Of a stretch of DNA of 64,000 nt, positions 1 to 9,816 are shown piece by piece. The first letter of the stretch is position 1. Every line of letters begins with the position of its first letter. The DNA comes from an uncultured bacterium (lineage in GTDB: Bacteria; Abyssobacteria; SURF-5; CBDUXP01). The notes under the pieces are model-generated. The model was not told where the DNA came from. It saw only the letters and a program-made list of their open reading frames with translations, and did not search any database. Both the position numbers and the translations under genes were made by a program. Where the stretch lies: NCBI GenBank assembly GCA_965371225.1, contig CBDUXP010000004.1, positions 58,624-122,623 on the forward strand. Direction: 5' to 3'.

Positions 1-36
1 GTGTAGCCGCGCGTCCGGCGCGGAACAAGAAACGGG

Positions 37-645
37 TTAGGCCGACGCGCGCTTGGCGGCTACGCGTTCGGCGAACGCGTTGTACGCCTGCCAGGCGCGG
101 CCATCCACCGGCTGGCGTTGGGCGATCACGTGCGCGATCTTGCGGGACAGGATGTGGAGCACCGCCGCGTCCAGATCGCCCAGACAGACTTCCCGATCCC
201 GTTCAGCGTCTGCCAGGTCACGCCCCGTCTCCGTGAAATCCGCCAGGAAGACGATCTTGGCCACGTCGCCCATCTCCGCATCGGCGGTGCTGTGCAGACT
301 GATCGCTTCGAGGATTTCCTTGTCGCTGATGTCCAACTGTTGCTCTACTAACAGCGCACCGGCGGGGCCATGAACGACTTCATCGGGCATGCCCGCGAAC
401 TCCAGCGTACCGAAGCCGATCTCACGGATCGCCTCGTCCAGTTCCTCCCGGCTGAAATACTTTACGAAATCGTGGAGCAGGCCGGCCGCCTCGGCTTTGT
501 CGGCGTCCACGCGGTGATGCTTGGCGAGAGTGCGGGCCCGGGCGGCGGTGCGCTCACAATGCTTGCGCAGCCCGGCGGGCACGTGCTCTTCGACGAACGC
601 GCGAATGGCGGTCAGCTCGTATTGCGGCATGGGGCGTCCATCCAT
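37..645 (-). CDS. yqeK: YqeK-family HD-domain Ap4A hydrolase
   Basis: H..GLLHDFVK, HGPAGA, AI.LHST and ADFTE motifs; directly downstream of nadD as is typical. Alternative start at 630. Confidence 0.85.
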   Translation of the reverse strand: MDGRPMPQYELTAIRAFVEEHVPAGLRKHCERTAARARTLAKHHRVDADKAEAAGLLHDFVKYFSREELDEAIREIGFGTLEFAGMPDEVVHGPAGALLVEQQLDISDKEILEAISLHSTADAEMGDVAKIVFLADFTETGRDLADAERDREVCLGDLDAAVLHILSRKIAHVIAQRQPVDGRAWQAYNAFAERVAAKRASA

Positions 646-808
646 AGTAGCGCGAGTCGCACGCGCGGAGGCAGAGGAACGTGGGGCCCCCGTGTCCGGG
701 GACCGGTTGCCGGAGTCCCGTGCGCACGCTTTCTAGAATTTAGATGAACTAGATCAATGTAATATACTTATATAACAGTAGTTACGTATTGGGCTGATGA
801 TCCAGTTC

Positions 809-1405
809 CTATACGGAGACGGCGCGATACAACTGCTGCTGCTCGATGTACTTCGCGACGGCTTCGGGCACGAGATACCGAATGCTGCGGCCGTCCGCGA
901 CACGCGCCCGGATGTCCGTGGATGAGATGGCCAGGGGCGGCATCTCGAGCGGCATCACCTGCGCCGCGGCAGCGGACTGGGGGCCGTCCAAGCGGTCCCC
1001 CGGGCGGGTCACCGCCACGAACTGGGCGAGGGTGACAATCCGCTCCGGGTGGCGCCACGTATGCAGGTCGCGCAGCATGTCGGCGCCGATAATGTAAAAC
1101 AGGTCCGTGTCGGTGACTTGCGCCCGCACGGCGTCCAACGTGTCTTCGGCATAGGAGGGCCCGGGCCGGTCCAGTTCTACGCGGGACACGCGGAACGCGG
1201 GATGGTCCGCAATCGCGGCCTCGACCATGGCGAGCCGGTCTTGCGCGCTGATGTTCGGCGCGTCCTTGTGCGGCGGGACGTGGGTCGGAATGAACCAGAC
1301 TTCCTCCAAGCCGAGGCGGTCCCGTACGGTTTCCGCGGCGATCAGGTGCGCCGTGTGGATGGGATCGAAGGTGCCGCCGAACAGCCCGAGGCGCCGTGCC
1401 GCCAT
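809..1405 (-). CDS. nadD: Nicotinate-nucleotide adenylyltransferase
   Basis: GGTFDPIHTAH, IIGAD, ISSTDIR motifs. Confidence 0.96.
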   Translation of the reverse strand: MAARRLGLFGGTFDPIHTAHLIAAETVRDRLGLEEVWFIPTHVPPHKDAPNISAQDRLAMVEAAIADHPAFRVSRVELDRPGPSYAEDTLDAVRAQVTDTDLFYIIGADMLRDLHTWRHPERIVTLAQFVAVTRPGDRLDGPQSAAAAQVMPLEMPPLAISSTDIRARVADGRSIRYLVPEAVAKYIEQQQLYRAVSV

Positions 1406-1412
1406 GCGTCGG

Positions 1413-2681
1413 TCAGGTGCGGATGTGCCCGCTGCCTCGAACGAGCCACTTGTAGGTGGTCAGTTCCTCCAGGCCCATGGGGCCGCGGCAGTGGAGCCGA
1501 TCCGTGCTGATGCCCATCTCCGCGCCCAGGCCGAACTCATAGCCGTCGTGGAAGTACGTGGAAGCGTTGACGAACACGGCCGCGGAATCCACCTCAGTGA
1601 GAAACCGTTCCGCCGCCGAGTAGTCGTCGGTGACGATCGCGTCGGAATGGCTGGAACCGTACGTGGCGATGTGTTGCAGGGCCGCGTCCAGCGAGGCCAC
1701 GACCTTTACGCTGAGCACGTAGTCCAAGTACTCCGTTCCCCAGGTTGCCTTGGTGGCGCGGCCGGCGTCGGGGACGAGTTTGCGGGTCTCGGCGCAACCC
1801 ACGAGCGTTACGCCGGCTTTCGCGAAACGCTTGGCCATGCGTGGCAAGAACTTCTTCGCCACCGTGCGGTGCACCAGCATGCTTTCCATCGCGCAGCACA
1901 CGCTGGGTTTCTGGTGCTTGGCATTGAAGCAGACCTCCGCGGCCATCGCCAGGTCCGCGTGCGCATCCACATAGGTGTGGCAGACCCCGTCCAGGTGTTT
2001 CACGACGGGGATGGATGACGTGTCCATGATCTTCCGGATGAGCGCCTTGCCCCCCCGCGGGACGATCATGTCGATGCTGTCGTCCTGCTGCAACAGCACG
2101 TCGATGGCCGCGCGATCCGTGGTGCTGAATCCTTGGGCGGCATGTTTCGGCAGGCCGCCCGCGTCCAGGCACGCCTGGATAATCTCGACGATAGCGCGGT
2201 TGGAGTGGAACGCCTCCGACCCGCCGCGCAGGATGACCGCGTTGCCGCTCTTGATGCAGAGTCCGGCCGCGTCCGCCGTCACGTTCGGCCGGGATTCGTA
2301 GATCATGCCGATGACGCCGATGGGGACGCGCACGCGCGCGATCTGTAATCCGTTCGGCCGCCGGTGAGCATTGAGGGTGACCCCCACGGGATCCGGGAGC
2401 GCGATGAGATCGCGCAGCCCTGCCGCCATCAGCTCGATGCGCGGCGTGGTTAGCGTCAGCCGGTCGCGGAGAGCTGCGCTGAGCTTTGCCGCCGCCGGGC
2501 TGGCCAGGTCTTGCTCATTCGCCGCCCGGAGCGCGTCGTGCTGCGCGAGAATGGCGTCCGCGATGGCGGTCAGCACTGCGTCTTTCGCCGCGGTGTCCGC
2601 GAGCGCCATCTCCCGCGCGGCGGCCCGCGCCTGCCGGGCGACCCGGACGACTTCGCGTTCGATGGCGGTGTTGCGTTTCAC
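1413..2681 (-). CDS. proA: Gamma-glutamyl phosphate reductase
   Basis: PIGVIGMIYESRPNVT, KSGNAVILRGGSE, EMGIST..LH.RGPMGL. Confidence 0.97.
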   Translation of the reverse strand: MKRNTAIEREVVRVARQARAAAREMALADTAAKDAVLTAIADAILAQHDALRAANEQDLASPAAAKLSAALRDRLTLTTPRIELMAAGLRDLIALPDPVGVTLNAHRRPNGLQIARVRVPIGVIGMIYESRPNVTADAAGLCIKSGNAVILRGGSEAFHSNRAIVEIIQACLDAGGLPKHAAQGFSTTDRAAIDVLLQQDDSIDMIVPRGGKALIRKIMDTSSIPVVKHLDGVCHTYVDAHADLAMAAEVCFNAKHQKPSVCCAMESMLVHRTVAKKFLPRMAKRFAKAGVTLVGCAETRKLVPDAGRATKATWGTEYLDYVLSVKVVASLDAALQHIATYGSSHSDAIVTDDYSAAERFLTEVDSAAVFVNASTYFHDGYEFGLGAEMGISTDRLHCRGPMGLEELTTYKWLVRGSGHIRT

Positions 2682-2696
2682 GGTCAGTCCCCCGGG

Positions 2697-3803
2697 CTAG
2701 ACCAGGTTGTTCCGGTGCACGACCTCATCATACTGCACGTCCCCGAGCACGCCCGGCAGGTCACGCGTGTGCAGGCCTTTGATGCGGCGCACGTCCGCGG
2801 CGCTGAAGTTCACCAATCCGCGGCCGATCTCCGCTCCCGAGGGGTCCGCCAGGACGATGGTGTCCCCCATATCGAACTCGCCCTGGACGTCCGTGATCCC
2901 CGCCGGGAGCAGGCTCTTGCCCTGTTCGGAGATGGCGCGCGCCGCGCCTGCGTCGAGCACGAGGGTGCCGCGGGCTTCGGACCCGAAAGCAATCCACCGC
3001 TTCCGGTGCGACAGACGTCCGTCCGCGGGATAGAACACCGTCGCGGGCGCCGGGGCATTCTCACGCAAGGCCGCGAGCCGGTCGGGCACCGTGCCGTTCG
3101 TGACGATCATCCGCACCCCGGTCCGCATGCACATCTTGGCGGCTTCGAGTTTGGAGACCATGCCCCCGCGCGCGCGATCAGACGCGGCGCCCCCCGCCAT
3201 CTGTTCGATCTCCGGGGTGATCTCGCGAATCTCGGGAATGAGCGTGCCGCCGCCCGTGCCGGGATCTCGATCGAAGAATCCGTCCACGTCGGTTAGCACC
3301 ACCAGGAGGTCCGCGCCGATCTTGGACGCCACGATGGCGGCCAGCGTGTCATTCTCCCCAAAGCGCAACTCTTCCACCGCAACCGTATCGTTCTCGTTGA
3401 CAATTGGAACCACGCCGCCGAATTCGAGCAACGCTACGAGCGTGTTGCGCGCGTTGAGATACATCTGCCGGTCGCGGAGCCCCTCCCGCGTGAGCAGCAC
3501 CTGCGCCACGCGCAGGTCGTGCGCCGCGAACAGGTCGTGGTACACGTGCATGAGCAGGCCCTGGCCGACGGCCGCGATGGCCTGCTTCTCTTGGAGGCCC
3601 CGGGGCCGCGCGGTCCGGCCCAGCTCGCCGAGCCCGGCGCCCACCGCGCCGGAGGTCACGAGGATCAGTCGCCGCCCTGCATGCGCCCACGCGGCCAGCT
3701 CGGCCACGATGGGCCGAAGCCAACGGTCTGTCAGCCGGCCTTGCTCGTCGCTCAGCAGGCTGGTGCCGACTTTGAAAACGACGGGGGGGTTGTTACCCCA
3801 CAT
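2697..3803 (-). CDS. proB: Glutamate 5-kinase with PUA domain
   Basis: KVGTSLL, NENDTV, FGENDTL, GGMVSK, C-terminal PUA (LLPAGI..V.GEF). Confidence 0.97.
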   Translation of the reverse strand: MWGNNPPVVFKVGTSLLSDEQGRLTDRWLRPIVAELAAWAHAGRRLILVTSGAVGAGLGELGRTARPRGLQEKQAIAAVGQGLLMHVYHDLFAAHDLRVAQVLLTREGLRDRQMYLNARNTLVALLEFGGVVPIVNENDTVAVEELRFGENDTLAAIVASKIGADLLVVLTDVDGFFDRDPGTGGGTLIPEIREITPEIEQMAGGAASDRARGGMVSKLEAAKMCMRTGVRMIVTNGTVPDRLAALRENAPAPATVFYPADGRLSHRKRWIAFGSEARGTLVLDAGAARAISEQGKSLLPAGITDVQGEFDMGDTIVLADPSGAEIGRGLVNFSAADVRRIKGLHTRDLPGVLGDVQYDEVVHRNNLV

Positions 3804-5070
3804 GGTACGTGAACTCCATGTCCCCGATGCGCACCGTGGCGTCTTCCTTGACGCCCAGGCGGCCCAGGGTGGTGGCCAGGCCCAACTTCTTCAGGCGATG
3901 GTTGAAGTATCGCACGGCCTCGTCGTTTTCCCAGTCCGTCATCTGCGCCCAGCGCTCGGGCTTCGTGCCGGTCACGCGCCACGCGCCGTCCTCCGGCTCC
4001 ACGCTCCAGGGGGCTTCGTATCCATAGTATGCCTCCACCTCGAATACGCGAGGCCGGTCCCGCTCCTCCGCCGCGAGCCGGTCCAAGGCCCGAGTCGTGG
4101 CCGCGCGCATGTCCTCGATCCCCTGGCCTTCCAGGGCACTCATCGGCACGATCTCCCCGACTTCGCCGCGCAGGGCCGCGGTGAAGGCGTCCAGTTGCGC
4201 GCGGGCGGGCTCCAGGTCGAGCTTGTTCGCCGCCACCACGGCGGGCCGCTCCGTCAGCGACGCGTCATGCATGCGCAGTTCCCGATGCAGCGTCCGGTAA
4301 TCGGCCACGGGGTCCGCGCCGCTCAGGTCGATGAGGTAGACGATGACTTTCGTCCGCTCGATGTGCCGGAGAAAGTCATGCCCGAGGCCGACCCCTTCAT
4401 GGGCTCCCTCGATGAGTCCCGGGATGTCGGCCACCACGAAACGGCGATAGTCGTCGTCCTCGACGACGCCCAGGTTCGGGGACAGGGTGGTGAAGGGATA
4501 CGGCGCGATTTTCGGGTTCGCCGCGGAAAGCTGGCCCAGCAGCGTGCTCTTGCCCGCATTCGGCAGTCCGACCAGCGCGGCGTCGGCGATGAGCTTGAGT
4601 TCGAGCAGTAGCTCCCGGTGCTCGCCGGGCTCACCCTTTTCCGCGAATTTCGGCAGCCGGTTCTCGCGCGTGGCCAGCACCGCGTTGCCGCGGCCGCCCA
4701 TGCCACCGCGGGCGGCGGTGAACTCCTGGTCGACCTCGACCAGGTCGGCGCAAATCTGGCCGGACGCCTCTTCCCGGACCACGGTGCCGGCGGGCACGGG
4801 CACGATGTGGTCGGCACCCGCCCGCCCGGCCTTCCGTTGCCCCTTGCCGTGTTGGCCGCGGTCCCCCTTCTGTTGGGGGTGGTACTTTAGGTCCAGCAAG
4901 GTGGCCACATTCTCCGTCACCCGCAGGATGACGTCTCCGCCCTTGCCGCCGCCGCCGCCGTCGGGGCCGCCCTTCGGGACGTACTTCTCCCGGCGAAAAC
5001 TGACGCACCCGTTCCCGCCGTTCCCGGCGATGCACACGATGCGCTGGACGTCGACAAAAGCGTTGCTCAT
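3793..5070 (-). CDS. obgE: GTPase ObgE/CgtA with C-terminal OCT domain
   Basis: Gly-rich Obg fold (FRREKYVPKGGPDGG), GLPNAGKS, YPFTT, DIPG, NKLD. Confidence 0.97.
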   Translation of the reverse strand: MSNAFVDVQRIVCIAGNGGNGCVSFRREKYVPKGGPDGGGGGKGGDVILRVTENVATLLDLKYHPQQKGDRGQHGKGQRKAGRAGADHIVPVPAGTVVREEASGQICADLVEVDQEFTAARGGMGGRGNAVLATRENRLPKFAEKGEPGEHRELLLELKLIADAALVGLPNAGKSTLLGQLSAANPKIAPYPFTTLSPNLGVVEDDDYRRFVVADIPGLIEGAHEGVGLGHDFLRHIERTKVIVYLIDLSGADPVADYRTLHRELRMHDASLTERPAVVAANKLDLEPARAQLDAFTAALRGEVGEIVPMSALEGQGIEDMRAATTRALDRLAAEERDRPRVFEVEAYYGYEAPWSVEPEDGAWRVTGTKPERWAQMTDWENDEAVRYFNHRLKKLGLATTLGRLGVKEDATVRIGDMEFTYHVG

Positions 5071-5081
5071 ATGCGGTCCCG

Positions 5082-5203
5082 AACCACCAAGACACCAAGA
5101 GGTTTCCGCTCAGGAGTCCACCGCAGGGTCCATCGCGATTGGTGTCCGTGTCACTGCGTTGATTCTACCGGTTCCTCTCCGTGTTCTTGGTGTCTTGGTG
5201 GTT
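5082..5203. repeat. REP/MITE-like element with perfect 19-bp terminal inverted repeats
   Basis: AACCACCAAGACACCAAGA (5082-5100) is the exact reverse complement of TCTTGGTGTCTTGGTGGTT (5185-5203); the arms show internal 9-nt periodicity. Confidence 0.75.
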
Positions 5204-5211
5204 GACGCCCT

Positions 5212-5242
5212 AAAAACGAAAACCCCCTCGCAGGGAGGGGGT
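5212..5242 (-). terminator. Intrinsic terminator after rpmA
   Basis: Minus strand ACCCCCTC-cctgc-GAGGGGGT stem followed by TTTCGTTTTT. Confidence 0.8.
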
Positions 5243-5269
5243 GTGCACATCCGCGAGTCCGGGGCCGCT

Positions 5270-5533
5270 CTAATTCGCGGCCGGCGGGTACACGCTGACT
5301 TTTTTTCGTTTCTTGTCATACCGTTCAAAGGTGACCACGCCATCCACCAGCGCGAACAGCGTATGGTCGTTGCCGCAGCCCACGTTCGTGCCGGGATGGA
5401 TCCGCGTGCCCCGCTGGCGAATGATGATGTTGCCCGCGCGCACGGTCTCGCCCCCGTACTTCTTCACCCCCAGGCGCTGCGAGTTCGAATCGCGCCCGTT
5501 GCGGGTGGAGCCTTGCCCTTTTTTATGTGCCAT
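5270..5533 (-). CDS. rpmA: 50S ribosomal protein L27
   Basis: [22 protein letters not shown]. Confidence 0.99.
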   Translation of the reverse strand: MAHKKGQGSTRNGRDSNSQRLGVKKYGGETVRAGNIIIRQRGTRIHPGTNVGCGNDHTLFALVDGVVTFERYDKKRKKVSVYPPAAN

Positions 5534-5551
5534 ATTCTTTTACCCGCCCAG

Positions 5552-5863
5552 CTAGCCAATTTTCTCGATGCGGACCGTGGTCTGCTGCTGCCGGTGGCCC
5601 TGCTTCTTATGGTAGCCCTTGCGCCGCTTTTTCTTGAAGACGACGATCTTCCGCGCGCGGTCCTGCACCAGAACCTCTGCCTTCACCTTCGGCGCCGTCT
5701 TGGCCAGCGCGCCATCCTCGCCGAACGCGCCGACCGTCTCCAATTCCACCGTCGCGCCCACCTCCGCGTCGAGCTTCTCGACGGTGATGGTGTCGCCCTC
5801 CCGCACGGGATACTGCTTCCCGCCGGTATTCACGATGGCCAGCATGTCCTTCTTCTTCGCCAC
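5552..5863 (-). CDS. rplU: 50S ribosomal protein L21
   Basis: [25 protein letters not shown]. Confidence 0.98.
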   Translation of the reverse strand: MAKKKDMLAIVNTGGKQYPVREGDTITVEKLDAEVGATVELETVGAFGEDGALAKTAPKVKAEVLVQDRARKIVVFKKKRRKGYHKKQGHRQQQTTVRIEKIG

Positions 5864-5930
5864 GGATGGATTCCTTCAGCCAGCCCGGGACGCGCCTGCG
5901 CATCGAGGCAACAGCCCGGCTGAGCCCAGA

Positions 5931-5959
5931 AGTGTACGTATTCCCTTCGCCTCTGTCAA
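5931..5959 (-). promoter_or_regulatory. Sigma70 promoter of rplU-rpmA
   Basis: TTGACA-17 nt-TACACT on the minus strand. Confidence 0.75.
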
Positions 5960-5988
5960 TTTGCGGCAAATCAAGGCTGAAGGACTCA

Positions 5989-6897
5989 TTACGCTCCGGG
6001 CTCAGCGCCGAATAGCAAGGGCGAGCCGCCCCACATGATGAAGACGATGAAGCCGGCCACGAACAGGATGACCCACAGCATTAACGCCCCCGTGTCAGGA
6101 AGTGCGACGCGGGACCAAATACGCCCCCCAGTCAAGAGCGGGCCAGGCGTCGCCACGCGCGCTACGGCGACGGCCATCAGCGCGACCGCTCCGGTGCAGA
6201 CGGCGAGGAACGGGCTGACCGGCGCTTGCCATTGCGTCGCAGCGGTGGTCCACGCGTCTTCGAACAGCCAAAATTCCACAGTCGCCAACAACATCCCGCC
6301 TACGAGCGACGCACCGAAGGCCAGGCCCTTGTTCCCGGTGAACGATCCCATGATGACGGCAAGCGCCAAGCATTGCAGGGCGTGGACCAGTACGAGCACC
6401 TCCCCGTACACGAATGAATACGGGGGGCTGGTCAGGATGTACTGCGCATCGAGCTGCTGTTCTGCGGAGAGGGAATTCAAGCCGCTGTCGAACGGTGCGC
6501 CCCAGAACAGATACCCGAAGACTGCCCCGCGATACAACAGGAAGGGCAAGACCACCAACGCCGCGCGTGGGGCCAGCTTGGCCGCCACCAGGCCGCGCGC
6601 GCGCATGGGCCGCGATCGCAGGAAGGTCCACGTATTTTCGGCGGTCTCCCCTGCCACCGCGTCGTGACCGACCGCGCACGCCCACAAGCTTAGGAGCAAG
6701 CCCAAGGCGATCACCACGCCGGGATGGTTGCCGTGGAGCACCGAGGTGGCATCGCCTACAAAGAGGTGTAAGGCCGTCTCCAGGGGACCGACGCGACGGC
6801 CCAATTCCCCGATCAGCACCAACCCCAGTGCTACCTGGCCGAGCGCGACCGCGCACCGCAGCCAAAGGACTCGCCACTCTTTCCAGAGCAGACTCAT
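5989..6897 (-). CDS. ABC-2-type permease subunit
   Basis: Starts MSLLWKEWR (ATGA overlap with the upstream stop); GE...TW.FL.SRP motif; multiple TM helices. Confidence 0.8.
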   Translation of the reverse strand: MSLLWKEWRVLWLRCAVALGQVALGLVLIGELGRRVGPLETALHLFVGDATSVLHGNHPGVVIALGLLLSLWACAVGHDAVAGETAENTWTFLRSRPMRARGLVAAKLAPRAALVVLPFLLYRGAVFGYLFWGAPFDSGLNSLSAEQQLDAQYILTSPPYSFVYGEVLVLVHALQCLALAVIMGSFTGNKGLAFGASLVGGMLLATVEFWLFEDAWTTAATQWQAPVSPFLAVCTGAVALMAVAVARVATPGPLLTGGRIWSRVALPDTGALMLWVILFVAGFIVFIMWGGSPLLFGAEPGA

Positions 6898-8882
6898 GAC
6901 CCCACCTGCATGGGCGCCTGCCTGGCGAGCCAGCGGTGCCACGCCCGCACGTCCCAGCCGTGGCGTTCGCCCGTGACTTTCTCCAATGCGCGCACAGCCA
7001 CTAAACCGTCGCGCGGCCGTTCCACTTCTTCCAGAAAGCGCACCATCTCCCCGAGCATGCCCGGCAGGAGGATGGCCGCTTGAGGGGATACGCGTTCGAT
7101 CAGGTGGGCAGCCAACGCTGCGCGGCGATAGGACAAGTCGGATACGTTCCATCGGCGCCCCACCCCGCGCGGGATCCAGTCCGCACTTGCGGCAACGTGT
7201 TGCAACAGGGACCGCACGGTCGGATCCAACGGCTGCTCGCGGAGCCACTCCAGGGCCAACGCGGGGGTCTGCTCCCGCGCCGCCTCGAAGGTGGTGCCGC
7301 GCTCGTAGGGGAACGCACGCCAACGGGCCACAAGCGCCCCGCGCACTTCATGGGCGGGGAGGTACGTGGTGAGGATTTCCTGCTCCCCAGCGCGGAGCCC
7401 AGGTGTCGCGGCCAGCAGGTCACGAGCCTCCGTCGCCATCCACGGCGGGGCGTAGGGGGAGAGGTCGATGAGGGCCGCGAGCCGGGCATCGGGATGCTCC
7501 GTGCGCCAGGGTCGTCCCTCTACCCACTCCGGTACTGCCACGTAGGGACGGACGTGTCGTGCCAGCGTCAGGTTCGCCCGTACGGGGGCCGGTGTTCGCT
7601 CTTCCGCCCACTCCGGCCATTGGCCGATGTGCCGGAGCAGTGCCGTACGCCGGGCCGTGCTGGGGGCGTCCTCCGCCATCTGCGCCAAGCGTTTCCCGGC
7701 CGTGAATGCCGCGCTATCTTTCCGCTGGCCGCGGGCCAGTTGCTGCCAGTGCATGTCCATCAGCGTGAACAGGGCCGCGTCCTCGCTCGCGTCCGCGGGC
7801 CACGCGGGCTCGAATTGGACCCAAATGCAATCGGGGATCGTCCCGCTCCGGCACCACAGCAGTCCTCCCGGGACCGATCGCATCGCGGCGAGGGCGCGCC
7901 TCGGTGCCAGGTGGGGGCGCATAAGCACAAATGCGTCGCCGACCCGGGGATCCGGGTGCGCCAACGCGCGCGTCACGGTCCGGTCCATCGCGCGCCGGTA
8001 CATGCGCCAAGTCTGCCCCGCACCCACCCACTTGGTGCTCGCACGTCTGGCTTCCACCAGGCTCCGCTGCTCGGCCGTGTGGTTCAGGGCCTGCAGGTCG
8101 GCGCCGGCGGCCGCCCGCCGCGCGACGGCGGCGACGGCCCGCTCGGGTGACCCGCGCTGCAGGTAATTCCGAATTCCCAGCACGGTCAGACAGACCGCCA
8201 CGATCCCCACCAGTACCACGCGCGCGCCGCGGCGCCACGCGGGGCAGTCCGTGACGGCGAGGACCGCGGCGGCGCCCGGGATCAGTAGCCCCAGTGCGAC
8301 CCGTTGGACGAACCCGTGCGCCGGGTACAGAGCCATTCGGCAGGTCTCCAGCACCGTCAACGCCCCCAGCGCGAGACCAACCCACGGCCCCGTGCTGCGT
8401 CGGTCCGAGCCGGCGAGTGCGCCGAGCATCGCCGTCCCGGACAGCAACCAGAACACGAGTGGCCACTCCACAAGGCCGGTGAAGCTCCACAGGGGCGGCC
8501 GTCCGCTGGGCCGGTCCACGATCTCGGCGTACAACAGGATGGCGCCGAACGCCGCCGCAATGTGCAGCGCCGCCAGCGCCACGTAGGGGCCCAGAAGCGC
8601 TCTCGAATCGTGAGGCCGTGTGCGGAGGAAGGCCCGGGCACGGTCGAGCCCCAGCCCCCGCGGGGCCTCAGCCATGGCCAGGATCAGCAGTGCCGCCACC
8701 AGTCCGGCGAACGCGAAGGCGATGTAGTCGGGCCCGATTCTGGTGAGTTCCAGATAAGCCTGGGACTGGGGCAACCGACGGACCCAGGCGTCGAGCACAA
8801 GTGCGACCACCATGCACCCGGGCACCGCCACCTCGACGGGGAGCCACGTCTCGCGCCAGGTTTTCCACCAGAGTCCGCGCAT
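6894..8882 (-). CDS. Membrane protein: ABC-2-like permease N-terminus fused to a long helical (HEAT-like) C-terminal domain
   Basis: MRGLWWKTWRE start, FLRTRP motif, about 7 TM segments, C-terminal AL..VTGE..G.D..AW..W. Confidence 0.65.
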   Translation of the reverse strand: MRGLWWKTWRETWLPVEVAVPGCMVVALVLDAWVRRLPQSQAYLELTRIGPDYIAFAFAGLVAALLILAMAEAPRGLGLDRARAFLRTRPHDSRALLGPYVALAALHIAAAFGAILLYAEIVDRPSGRPPLWSFTGLVEWPLVFWLLSGTAMLGALAGSDRRSTGPWVGLALGALTVLETCRMALYPAHGFVQRVALGLLIPGAAAVLAVTDCPAWRRGARVVLVGIVAVCLTVLGIRNYLQRGSPERAVAAVARRAAAGADLQALNHTAEQRSLVEARRASTKWVGAGQTWRMYRRAMDRTVTRALAHPDPRVGDAFVLMRPHLAPRRALAAMRSVPGGLLWCRSGTIPDCIWVQFEPAWPADASEDAALFTLMDMHWQQLARGQRKDSAAFTAGKRLAQMAEDAPSTARRTALLRHIGQWPEWAEERTPAPVRANLTLARHVRPYVAVPEWVEGRPWRTEHPDARLAALIDLSPYAPPWMATEARDLLAATPGLRAGEQEILTTYLPAHEVRGALVARWRAFPYERGTTFEAAREQTPALALEWLREQPLDPTVRSLLQHVAASADWIPRGVGRRWNVSDLSYRRAALAAHLIERVSPQAAILLPGMLGEMVRFLEEVERPRDGLVAVRALEKVTGERHGWDVRAWHRWLARQAPMQVGS

Positions 8883-8884
8883 GG

Positions 8885-9790
8885 TCAGGCGGGGTTGTCG
8901 GGCCGATCGCGGAGGACCAGATCGGCGAAGATGCGGTCGATGGGCAAGTCCCGCACTTCACAATTCACTGCGGAAAAGTCGCTTCGAAGCTGCTCCTTCA
9001 AGTCAGCAGTGAAGTGTTCGGTGGTGAGCGCGTACTGCCGCCCGTGCCGCCGCGCTTTGAGGATGCCCGGCACGGGCAATCGCTCGGGGGCGCCGTTGGG
9101 GAAGGTGAGCAGGATTTCCTTGACCCGCGCCGTGAGTTGGTTGATGGGCTCGTTGGCCACCAGACGTCCCTTGTCGATGATGACGGCGTGGTCGGCCACC
9201 TGGGCGAGTTCATCCAGCAAGTGACTGGAGATGAAGACCGTTCGGCCCTGCTCCTGAATCAAGCGGATGAGGTCGCCAAGAATCTCCTGCCGCGCAATCG
9301 GGTCCAGCCCAAGCGTGGGGTCGTCCAGGATGAGCATCTCCGGGTGGAACGCGGCGGCGAGCAGAATGGCCAGCCGCGCCTGCTGCCCCTTGGAAAGGGC
9401 CTTCACCTTCTGCTTGAGGTCCAGCTCGTACCGCGTCGTCAAGGCCGCCGCGAAGCCCGCGTCCCAGTCATCGTAAAAGCCTGCGGTGAAACGAATAATC
9501 TCTTTTACCTTCATCCAGCCGTACATCTGCTGATGCTCGGCGAAGAACCCGACGCGGCGGCGGACCTCGATGGCCTGGCGCACGGGATCGAAGCCGAGAA
9601 CGCGGGACTGGCCTGCGCGGGGCTTGAGCAAGCCCACAAGCATTTCGATGGTGGTGGTCTTGCCCGCTCCGTTGCGCCCCAGGAAGCCGCACACACTGCC
9701 CGTCGGCACCGTGAACGAGAGGCCGTCGACCGCAGGCGTTTTCCCGTAGCGGTAGGTCAAGCCGTCAGCGTGAATCGCCATGTCAGCCAT
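8885..9790 (-). CDS. ABC transporter ATP-binding protein (YtrB-like)
   Basis: GRNGAGKT, LSKGQ, ILDDPT, SSH. Confidence 0.93.
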   Translation of the reverse strand: MADMAIHADGLTYRYGKTPAVDGLSFTVPTGSVCGFLGRNGAGKTTTIEMLVGLLKPRAGQSRVLGFDPVRQAIEVRRRVGFFAEHQQMYGWMKVKEIIRFTAGFYDDWDAGFAAALTTRYELDLKQKVKALSKGQQARLAILLAAAFHPEMLILDDPTLGLDPIARQEILGDLIRLIQEQGRTVFISSHLLDELAQVADHAVIIDKGRLVANEPINQLTARVKEILLTFPNGAPERLPVPGILKARRHGRQYALTTEHFTADLKEQLRSDFSAVNCEVRDLPIDRIFADLVLRDRPDNPA

Positions 9791-9816
9791 GCCATCCCCC
9801 TCTCACACCGGCTCGT

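Noticed and set aside
3091-5923. Long plus-strand ORFs (506 aa, 478 aa) and similar ones at 28130-29683 and 38934-41018
   Set aside because: Antisense shadows of well-conserved minus-strand genes, expected in high-GC DNA; no motifs.
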